64,000 nt of DNA, taken from assembly GCA_964016885.1 (NCBI GenBank), contig CAXHJY010000871.1, positions 26,939-90,938 of the forward strand, in the 5' to 3' direction. The notes below the pieces were generated by a model that saw nothing but the letters and a program-made list of their open reading frames with translations, searched no databases and was not told the DNA's origin. The position numbers and the translations under genes were made by a program. This document shows, one piece after another, positions 51,180 to 62,169 of this stretch. The DNA is from Eledone cirrhosa. Taxonomy: Eukaryota. Numbering within the stretch: position 1 is the stretch's first letter; each line of letters starts with the position of its first letter.

Positions 51180-54100
51180 AGCCGTCCAAGGAGAGATAAT
51201 TTCCAGCCGTCCAAGGGGAGATAAATTCCAGCCTCCAAGGGGAGATAATTTCCAGCCAGCCAAGGGGAGATAATTTGTAAAAAAATCAGGGGGAGATAAT
51301 TTGTAAAAAAAATCAGGGGGAGATAATTTGTAAAAAAAATCAGGGAAAGATAATTTGTAAAAAATAATCAGGGGGAGATAATTTGTAAAAAAAATCAAGG
51401 GGAGATAATTTCCAGCCGTCCAAGGGGAGATAATTTTCAGCCGTCCAAGGGGAGATAATTTCCCGCCAGCCAAGGGAAGATAATATTTAAAAAAATTAGG
51501 CGGAGATAATTTGTAAAAAAAATCAGGGGGAGATAATTTGTAAAAAAATCAGGTGGAGATAATTTGTAAAAAAAATCAGGGGGAGATAATTTGTAAAAAA
51601 AATCAAGGGGAGATAATTTCCAGCCGTCCAAGGGGAGGTAATATCTAGCCGTCCAAGGGGAGATAATTTCCAGCCGTCCAAGGGGAGATAATTTCCACCC
51701 GTCCAAGGGTAGATAATATCCAGCCGTCCAAGGAGAAATATTTTCCAGCCGTCCAAGGAGAGGTAATTTCTAGCCGTCCAAGGGGAGATAATTTTTAAAA
51801 AAAAATCAGGCGGAGATAATTTGTAAAAAAAATCAAGGGGAGATAATTTGCAGCCGTCCAAGGGGAGATAATTTTCAGTTGTCCAAGGAGAGGTAATTTC
51901 TAGCCGTCCAAGGGGAGATAATTTCCAGCCGTCCAAGGGGAGATAATTTCCAGCCGTCCAAGGGGAGATAATTTGTAAAAAAAATCAGGGGGAGATAATT
52001 TGTAAAAAAAAATCGGGGGGGATAATTTGTAAAAAAAAATCAGGGGGAGATAATTTGTAAAAAAAATCAAGCAGAGATAATTTCCAGCCGTCCAAGGGAA
52101 GATAATTTCCAGCCCTCCAAGGGGCTATAATTTCCAGTGTCCAAGGGGAGATAATTTCCAGCCAGCGAAGGGGAGATAATTTTTTTTAAAAAATCAGGGG
52201 GAGATTTGTAAAAAAAATCAGGGGGAGATAATTTGTAAAAAAAATCAAAGGGAGATAATTTCCAGCCGTCCAAAGAGAGATAATTTCTAGCCGTCCAAGG
52301 GGAGATAATTTCGAGCCAAGGGGAGATAATTTCCAGCCGTCCAAGGGGAGATAATTTTTTAAAAAATCAGGTGGAGAAAATTTGTAAAAAAAATCAGGGG
52401 GAGATAATTTGTAAAAACAAAATCAAGGGCAGATAATTTCCAGCTGTCCAAGGGGAGATAATTTCCAGCCGTCCAAGGGGAGATAATTTCCAGCCGTCCA
52501 AGGGGAGATAATTTCCATCCTTCCAAGGGGATATAATTTCCAGCCGTCCAAGGGGAGATAATTTCCCGCCAGCCAAGGGAAGATAATTTTTAAAAAAATC
52601 AGGCGGAGATTGTAATAAATATCAGGGGGGAGATAATTTGTAAAAAAATCAGGGGGAGATAATTTGTAAAAAAAAATCAGGGGGAGATAATTTGTAAAAA
52701 AAAATCAGGGGGAGATAATTTGTAAAAAAAAATCAGGAGGAGATAATTTGTAAAAAAAATTAGGCGTAGATAATTTGTAAAAAAAAATCAGGGGGAGATA
52801 ATTTGTAAGAAAAAATCAGGGGGAGATAATTTGTTAAAAAAATCAAGCGGAGATAATTTGCAGCCGTCCAAGGGGAGATAATTTTCAGCCGTCCAAGGAG
52901 AGGTAATTTCTAGCCGTCCAAGAGGAGATAATTTCCAGCCGTCCAAGGGGAGATAATTTCCAGCCGTCCAAGGGGAGATAATTTTAAAAAAAAAATCAGG
53001 CGGAGATAATTTGTAAAAAAAAATCAGGGGGAGATAATTCGTAAAAAAAAATCAGGGGGAGATAATTTGTAAAAAAAAATCAGGGGGAGATAATTTGTAA
53101 AAAAAAATCAAGGGGAGATACTTTCCAGCCGTCCAAGGGGAGGTAATATCTAGCCGTCCAAGGGGAGATAATTTCCAGCCGTCCAAGGGGAGATAATTTC
53201 CAGCCGTCCAAGGGGAGATAATTTCCAGCCGTCCAAGGAGACATATTATCCAGCCGTCCAAGGCGAGGTAATTTCTAGCCGTCCAAGGGGAGATAAATTC
53301 CAGCCTCCAAGGGGAGATAATTTCCAGCCAGCCAAGGGGAGATAATTTGTAAAAAATATCAGGGGGAGATAATTTGTAAAAAAAATCAGGGGGAGATAAT
53401 TTGTAAAAAAAAATCAGGGGGAGATAATTTGTAAAAAAATCAGGGGGAGATAATTTGTAAAAAAATCAGGGGTAGATAATTTGTAAAAAAAATCAAGGGG
53501 AGATAATTTCCAGCCGTCCAAGGGAAGATAATTTCCAGCCCTCCAAGGGGCTATAATTTCCAGCGTCCAAGGGGAGATAATTTCCAGCCAGCGAAGGGGA
53601 GATAATTTTTTTTAAAAAATCATTAGGACATTTGTAAAAAAAATCAGGGGGAGATAATTTGTAAAAAAAATCAAGGGGAGATAATTTCCAGCCGTCCAAG
53701 GGGAGGTAATATCTAGCCGTCCAAGGGGAGATAATTTCCAGCCGTCCAAGGGGAGATAATTTCCAGCCGTCCAAGGACATATTTTCCAGCCGTCCAAGGA
53801 GAGGTAATTTCTAGCCGTCCAAGGGGAGATAAATTCCAGCCTCCAAGGGGAGATAGTTTCCAGCCAGCCAAGGGGAGATAATTTGTAAAAAAAATCAGGG
53901 GGAGATAATTTGTAAAAAAAAATCAGGGGGAGATAATTTGTAAAAAAAAATCAGGGGGAGATAATTTGTAAAAAAAAATCAGGGGGAGATAATTTGTAAA
54001 AAAAATCAAGGGGAGATAATTTCCAGCCCTCCAAGGGGAGATAATTTTCAGCCGTCCAAGGGGAGATAATTTCCCGCCAGCCAAGGGAAGATAATATTTA

Positions 54101-56640
54101 AAAAAATTAGGCGGAGATAATTTGTAAAAAAAATCAGGGGGAGATAATTTGTAAAAAAATCAGGTGGAGATAATTTGTAAAAAAAATCAGGGGGAGATAA
54201 TTTGTAAAAAAAATCAAGGGGAGATAATTTCCAGCCGTCCAAGGAGAGATAATTTTCAGCCGTCCAAGGAGAGGTAATTTCTAGCCGTCCAAGGGGAGAT
54301 AATTTCCAGCCGTCCAAGGGGAGATAATTTCCAGCCGTCCAACGAGACATATTTTCCAGCCGTCCAAGGAGAGGTAATTTCTAGCCGTCCAAGGAGAGAT
54401 AATTTCCAGCCGTCCAAGGGGAGATAAATTCCAGCCTCCAAGGGGAGATAATTTCCAGCCAGCCAAGGGGAGATAATTTGTAAAAAAATCAGGGGGAGAT
54501 AATTTGTAAAAAAAATCAGGGGGAGATAATTTGTAAAAAAAATCAGGGGGAGATAATTTGTAAAAAAAAATCAGGGAAAGATAATTTGTAAAAAATAATC
54601 AGGCGGAGATAATTTGTAAAAAAAATCAAGGGGAGATAATTTCCAGCCGTCCAAGGGGAGATAATTTTCAGCCGTCCAAGGGGAGATAATTTCCCGCCAG
54701 CCAAGGGAAGATAATATTTAAAAAAATTAGGCGGAGATAATTTGTAAAAAAAATCAGGGGGAGATAATTTGTAAAAAAATCAGGTGGAGATAATTTGTAA
54801 AAAAAATCAGGGGGAGATAATTTGTAAAAAAAATCAAGGGGAGATAATTTCCAGCCGTCCAAGGGGAGGTAATATCTAGCCGTCCAAGGGGAGATAATTT
54901 CCAGCCGTCCAAGGGGAGATAATTTCCACCCGTCCAAGGGTAGATAATATCCAGCCGTCCAAGGAGAAATATTTTCCAGCCGTCCAAGGAGAGGTAATTT
55001 CTAGCCGTCCAAGGGGAGATAATTTTTTTAAAAAAATCAGGCGGAGATAATTTGTAAAAAAAATCAAGGGGAGATAATTTGCAGCCGTCCAAGGGGAGAT
55101 AATTTTCAGTTGTCCAAGGAGAGGTAATTTCTAGCCGTCCAAGAGGAGATAATTTCCAGCCGTCCAAGGGGAGATAATTTCCAGCCGTCCAAGGGGAGAT
55201 AATTTGTAAAAAAAATCAGGGGGAGATAATTTGTAAAAAAAAATCGGGGGGGATAATTTGTAAAAAAAAATCAGGGGGAGATAATTTGTAAAAAAAATCA
55301 AGCAGAGATAATTTCCAGCCGTCCAAGGGAAGATAATTTCCAGCCCTCCAAGGGGCTATAATTTCCAGTGTCCAAGGGGAGATAATTTCCAGCCAGCGAA
55401 GGGGAGATAATTTTTTTTAAAAAATCAGGGGGAGATTTGTAAAAAAAATCAGGGGGAGATAATTTGTAAAAAAAATCAAAGGGAGATAATTTCCAGCCGT
55501 CCAAAGAGAGATAATTTCTAGCCGTCCAAGGGGAGATAATTTCGAGCCAAGGGGAGATAATTTCCAGCCGTCCAAGGGAGATAATTTTTTAAAAAATCAG
55601 GTGGAGAAAATTTGTAAAAACAAAATCAAGGGCAGATAATTTCCAGCTGTCCAAGGGGAGATAATTTCCAGCCGTCCAAGGGGAGATAATTTCCAGCCGT
55701 CCAAGGGGAGATAATTTCCATCCTTCCAAGGGGATATAATTTCCAGCCGTCCAAGGGGAGATAATTTCCCGCCAGCCAAGGGAAGATAATTTTTAAAAAA
55801 ATCAGGCGGAGATTGTAATAAATATCAGGGGGGAGATAATTTGTAAAAAAATCAGGGGGAGATAATTTGTAAAAAAAAATCAGGGGGAGATAATTTGTAA
55901 AAAAAAATCAGGGGGAGATAATTTGTAAAAAAAAATCAGGAGGAGATAATTTGTAAAAAAAATTAGGCGTAGATAATTTGTAAAAAAAAATCAGGGGGAG
56001 ATAATTTGTAAGAAAAAATCAGGGGGAGATAATTTGTTAAAAAAATCAAGGGGAGATAATTTGCAGCCGTCCAAGGGGAGATAATTTTCAGCCGTCCAAG
56101 GAGAGGTAATTTCTAGCCGTCCAAGGGGAGATAATTTCCAGCCGTCCAAGGGGAGATAATTTCCAGCCGTCCAAGGGGAGATAATTTAAAAAAAAAAATC
56201 AGGCGGGGATAATTTGTAAAAAAAAATCAGGGGGAGATAATTCGTAAAAAAAAATCAGGGGGAGATAATTTGTAAAAAAAAATCAGGGGGAGATAATTTG
56301 TAAAAAAAAATCAAGGGGAGATAATTTCCAGCCGTCCAAGGGGAGGTAATATCTAGCCGTCCAAGGGGAGATAATTTCCAGCCGTCCAAGGGGAGATAAT
56401 TTCCAGCCGTCCAAGGGGAGATAATTTCCAGCCGTCCAAGGAGACATATTATCCAGCCGTCCAAGGCGAGGTAATTTCTAGCCGTCCAAGGGGAGATAAA
56501 TTCCAGCCTCCAAGGGGAGATAATTTCCAGCCAGCCAAGGGGAGATAATTTGTAAAAAATATCAGGGGGAGATAATTTGTAAAAAAAATCAGGGGGAGAT
56601 AATTTGTAAAAAAAATCAGGGGGAGATAATTTGTAAAAAA
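51180..56640 (+). repeat. ~3.2-kb higher-order unit in tandem (about 1.7 copies)
   Basis: Offsets are 3231 bp (51437/54668, 51523/54754, 52067/55298) and 3203 bp (52394/55597, 53052/56255). Confidence 0.82.
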
Positions 56641-59600
56641 AATCAAGGGGAGATAATTTCCAGCCGTCCAAGGGGAGATAATTTTCAGCCGTCCAAGGAG
56701 AGGTAATTTCTAGCCGTCCGAGGAGAGATAATTTCCAGCCGTCCAAGGGGAGATAATTTCCAGCCGTCCAAGGGGAGATAATTTCCAGCCGTCCAAGGAG
56801 ACATATTTTCCAGCCGTCCAAGGAGAGGTAATTTCTAGCCGTACAAGGGGAGATAAATTCCAGCCTCCAAGGGGAGATAATTTCCAGCCAGCCAAGGGGA
56901 GATAATTTGTAAAAAAATCAGGGGGAGATAATTTGTAAAAAAAATCAGGGGGAGATAATTTGTAAAAAAAATCAGGGGGAGATAATTTGTAAAAAAATAA
57001 TCAGAGGAGATAATTTGTAAAAAAAATCAAGGGTAGATAATTTCCAGCCGTCCAAGGGGAGATAATTTTCAGCCGTCCAATGAGAGGTAATTTCTAGCCG
57101 TCCAAGGGGAGATAATTTCCAGCCGTCCAAGGGGAGATAATTTCCAGCCGTCCAAGGGGAGATAATTTGTAAAAAAAATCAGAGGGACATAATTTGTAAA
57201 AAAAATCGGGGGGGATAATTTGTAAAAAAAAATCAGGGGGAGATAATTTGTAAAAAAAATCAAGCAGAGATAATTTCCAGCCGTCCAAGGGAAGATAATT
57301 TCCAGCCCTCCAAGGGGCTATAATTTCCAGTGTCCAAGGGGAGATAATTTCCATCCTTCCAAGAGGATATAATTTCCAGCCGTCCAAGGGGAGATAATTT
57401 CCCGCCAGCGAAGGGGAGATAATTTTTTTTAAAAAATCAGGGGGAGATTTGTAAAAAAAATCAGGGGGAGATAATTTCCAGCCGTCCAAAGAGAGATAAT
57501 TTCTAGCCGTCCAAGGGGAGATAATTTTTTTAAAAATCAGGTGGATATAATTTGTAAAAAAAATCAGGGGGAGATAATTTGTAAAAACAAAATCAAGGGC
57601 AGATAATTTCCAGCTGTCCAAGGGGAGATAATTTCCAGCCGTCCAAGGGGAGATAATTTCCAGCCGTCCAAGGGGAGATAATTTCCATCCTTCCAAGAGG
57701 ATATAATTTCCAGCCGTCCAAGGGGAGATAATTTCCCGCCAGCCAAGGGAAGATAATTTTTAAAAAAATCAGGCGGAGATTGTAATAAAAATCAGGGGGA
57801 GATAATTTGTAAAAAAAAATCAGGGGGAGATAATTTGTAAAAAAAAATCAGGGGGAGATAATTTGTAAAAAAAAATCAGGGGGAGATAATTTGTAAGAAA
57901 AAATCAGGGGGAGATAATTTGTAAAAAAAAATCAGGGGGAGATAATTTGTAAAAAAAATTAGGCGTAGATAATTTGTAAAAAAAAATCAGGGGGAGATAA
58001 TTTGTAAGAAAAAATCAGGGGGAGATAATTTGTTAAAAAAATCAAGGGGAGATAATTTGCAGCCGTCCAAGGGGAGATAATTTTCAGCCGTCCAAGGAGA
58101 GGTAATTTCTAGCCGTCCAAGGGGAGATAATTTCCAGCCGTCCAAGAGGAGATAATTTCCAGCCGTCCAAGGGGAGATCATTTTTTAAAAAAAATCAGGC
58201 GGAGATAGTTTGTAAAAAAAAATCAGGGGAGATAATTCGTAAAAAAAATTCAGGGGGAGATAATTTGTAAAAAAAATTAGGGGGAGATAATTTGTAAAAA
58301 AAATCAAGGGGAGATAATTTCCAGCCGTCCAAGGGGAGGTAATATCTAGCCGTCCAAGGGGAGATAATTTCCAGCCGTCCAAGGGGAGATAATTTCCAGC
58401 CGTCCAAGGGGAGATAATTTCCAGCCGTCCAAGGAGACATATTTTCTAGCCGTCCAAGGAGAGGTAATTTCTAGCCGTCCAAGGGGAGATAAATTCCAGC
58501 CTCCAAGGGGAGATAATTTCCAGCCAGCCAAGGGGAGATAATTTGTAAAAAAATCAGGGGGAGATAATTTGTAAAAAATATCAGGGGGAGATAATTTGTA
58601 AAAAAAAATCAGGGGGAGATAATTTGTAAAAAAAAATCAGGGGGAGATAATTTGTATAAAAAAATCAGGGGGAGATAATTTGTAACAAAAATCAAGGGGA
58701 GATAATTTCCAGCCGTCCAAGGAGAGATAATTTTCAGCCGTCCAAGGAGAGGTAATTTCTAGCCGTCCAAGGAGAGATAATTTCCAGCCGTCCAAGGGGA
58801 GATAATTTCCAGCCGTCCAAGGGGAGATAATTTCCAGCCGTCCAACGAGACATATTTTCCAGCCGTCCAAGGAGAGGTAATTTCTAGCCGTCCAAGGAGA
58901 GATAATTTCCAGCCAGCCAAGGGGAGATAATTTGTAAAAAAATCAGGGGGAGATAATTTTTAAAAAAAATCAGGGGGAGATAATTTGTAAAAAAAAATCA
59001 GGGAAAGATAATTTGTAAAAAATAATCAGGGGGAGATAATTTGTAAAAAAAATCAAGGGGAGATAATTTCCAGCCGTCCAAGGGGAGATAATTTTCAGCC
59101 GTCCAAGGGGAGATAATTTCCCGCCAGCCAAGGGAAGATAATATTTAAAAAAATTAGGCGGAGATAATTTGTAAAAAAAAATCAGGGGGAGATAATTTGT
59201 AAAAAAATCAGGGGGAGATAATTTGTAAAAAAATCAGGGGTAGATAATTTGTAAAAAAAATCAAGGGGAGATAATTTCCAGCCGTCCAAGGGAAGATAAT
59301 TTCCAGCCCTCCAAGGGGCTATAATTTCCAGCGTCCAAGGGGAGATAATTTCCAGCCAGCGAAGGGGAGGTAATATCTAGCCGTCCAAGGGGAGATAATT
59401 TCCAGCCGTCCAAGGGGAGATAATTTCCAGCCGTCCAAGGGTAGATAATATCCAGCCGTCCAAGGACATATTTTCCAGCCGTCCAAGGAGAGGTAATTTC
59501 TAGCCGTCCAAGGGGAGATAAATTCCAGCCTCCAAGGGGAGATAATTTCCAGCCAGCCAAGGGGAGATAATTTGTAAAAAAAATCAGGGGGAGATAATTT

Positions 59601-62053
59601 GTAAAAAAAAATCAGGGGGAGATAATTTGTAAAAAAAAATCAGGGGGAGATAATTTGTAAAAAAAAATCAGGGGGAGATAATTTGTAAAAAAAATGAAGG
59701 GGAGATAATTTCCAGCCGTCCAAGGGGAGATAATTTTCAGCCGTCCAAGGGGAGATAATTTCCCGCCAGCCAAGGGAAGATAATATTTAAAAAAATTAGG
59801 CGGAGATAATTTGTAAAAAAAATCAGGGGGAGATAATTTGTAAAAAAATCAGGTGGAGATAATTTGTAAAAAAAATCAGGGGGAGATAATTTGTAAAAAA
59901 AATCAAGGGGAGATAATTTCCAGCCGTCCAAGGGGAGGTAATATCTAGCCGTCCAAGGGGAGATAATTTCCAGCCGTCCAAGGGGAGATAATTTTCAGCC
60001 GTCCAAGGAGAGGTAATTTCTAGCCGTCCAAGGAGAGATAATTTCCAGCCGTCCAAGGGGAGATAATTTCCAGCCGTCCAAGGGGAGATAATTTCCAGCC
60101 GTCCAACGAGACATATTTTCCAGCCGTCCAAGGAGAGGTAATTTCTAGCCGTCCAAGGAGAGATAATTTCCAGCCGTCCAAGGGGAGATAAATTCCAGCC
60201 TCCAAGGGGAGATGATTTCCAGCCAGCCAAGGGGAGATAATTTGTAAAAAAATCAGGGGGAGATAATTTGTAAAAAAAATCAGGGGGAGATAATTTGTAA
60301 AAAAAAATCAGGGAAAGATAATTTGTAAAAAATAATCAGGGGGAGATAATTTGTAAAAAAAATCAAGGGGAGATAATTTCCAGCCGTCCAAGGGGAGATA
60401 ATTTTCAGCCGTCCAAGGGGAGATAATTTCCCGCCAGCCAAGGGAAGATAATATTTAAAAAAATTAGGCGGAGATAATTTGTAAAAAAAATCAGGGGGAG
60501 ATAATTTGTAAAAAAATCAGGTGGAGATAATTTGTAAAAAAAATCAGGGGGAGATAATTTGTAAAAAAAATCAAGGGGAGATAATTTCCAGCCGTCCAAG
60601 GGGAGGTAATATCTAGCCGTCGAAGGGGAGATAATTTCCAGCCGTCCAAGGGGAGATAATTTCCACCCGTCCAGGGTAGATAATATCCAGCCGTCCAAGG
60701 AGAAATATTTTCCAGCCGTCCAAGGAGAGGTAATTTCTAGCCGTCCAAGGGGAGATAAATTCCAGCCTCCAAGGGGAGATAATTTCCAGCCAGCCAAGGG
60801 GAGATAATTTGTAAAAAAATCAGGGGGAGATAATTTGTAAAAAAAATCAGGGGCAGATAATTTGTAAAAAAAAATCAGGGGGAGATAATTTGTAAAAAAA
60901 AATCAGGGGGAGATAATTTGTAAAAAAAATCAAGGGGAGATAATTTCCAGCCGTCCAAGGGGAGATAATTTTCAGCCGTCCAAGGGGAGATAATTTCCCG
61001 CCAGCCAAGGGAAGATAATATTTTAAAAAATCAGGCGGAGATAATTTGTAAAAAAAATCAGTGGGAGATAATTTGTAAAAAAATCAGGGGGAGATAATTT
61101 GTAAAAAAAAAATCAGGGGGAGATAATTTGTAAAAAAAATCAGGGGGAGATAATTTGTAAAAAAAAATCTGGGGGAGATAATTTGTAAAAAAAATTAGGC
61201 GTAGATAATTTGTAAAAAAAAATCAGGGGGAGATAATTTGTAAAAAAAATCAGGCGGAGATAATTTGTAAAAAAAATCAAGGGGAGATTATTTGCAGCCG
61301 TCCAAGGGGAGATAATTTTCAGTTGTCCAAGGAGAGGTAATTTCTAGCCGTCCAAGGGGAGATAATTTCCAGCCGTCCAAGGGGAGATAATTTCCAGCCG
61401 TCCAAGGGGAGATAATTTGTAAAAAAAATCAGGGGGAGATAATTTGTAAAAAAAATCGGGGGGGATAATTTGTAAAAAAAAATCAGGGGGAGATAATTTG
61501 TAAAAAAAATCAAGCAGAGATAATTTCCAGCCGTCCAAGGGAAGATAATTTCCAGCCCTCCAAGGGGCTATAATTTCCAGTGTCCAAGGGGAGATAATTT
61601 CCAGCCAGCGAAGGGGAGATAATTTTTTTTTAAAAATCAGGGGGAGATAATTTGTAAAAACAAAATCAAGGGCAGATAATTTCCAGCTGTCCAAGGGGAG
61701 ATAATTTCCAGCCGTCCAAGGGGAGATAATTTTCAGCCGTCCAAGGGGAGATAATTTCCCGCCAGCCAAGGAAAGATAATATTTAAAAAAATTAGGCGGA
61801 GATAATTTGTAAAAAAAATCAGGGGGAGATAATTTGTAAAAAAAATCAGGGGGAGATAATTTGTAAAAAAAAATCAGGGGGAGATAATTTGTAAAAAAAA
61901 TCAAGGGGAGATAATTTCCAGCCGTCCAAGGGGAGATAATTTTCAGCCGTCCAATGAGAGGTAATTTCTAGCCGTCCAAGGGGAAATAATTTCCAGTCGT
62001 CCAAGGGGAGGTAATTTCCAGCCGTCCAAGGGGAGATAATTTTTAAAAAAAAA

Positions 62054-62169
62054 TCTGTAAAAAAAAATTTGTAAAAAAAAATTTGTAAAAAAATCTGTAA
62101 AAAAATTTGTAAAAAAATCTGTAAAAAAATCTGTAAAAAAAAAATCTAAAAAAAAATTTCTAAAAAAAA
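62054..62169 (+). repeat. Second copy of the core-less (TYTGT-A7-10) x9 minisatellite
   Basis: Same unit order as 49622-49739 except that the eighth unit has lost GT (TCT-A9). This matches the 12432 to 12430 offset change. Confidence 0.96.
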
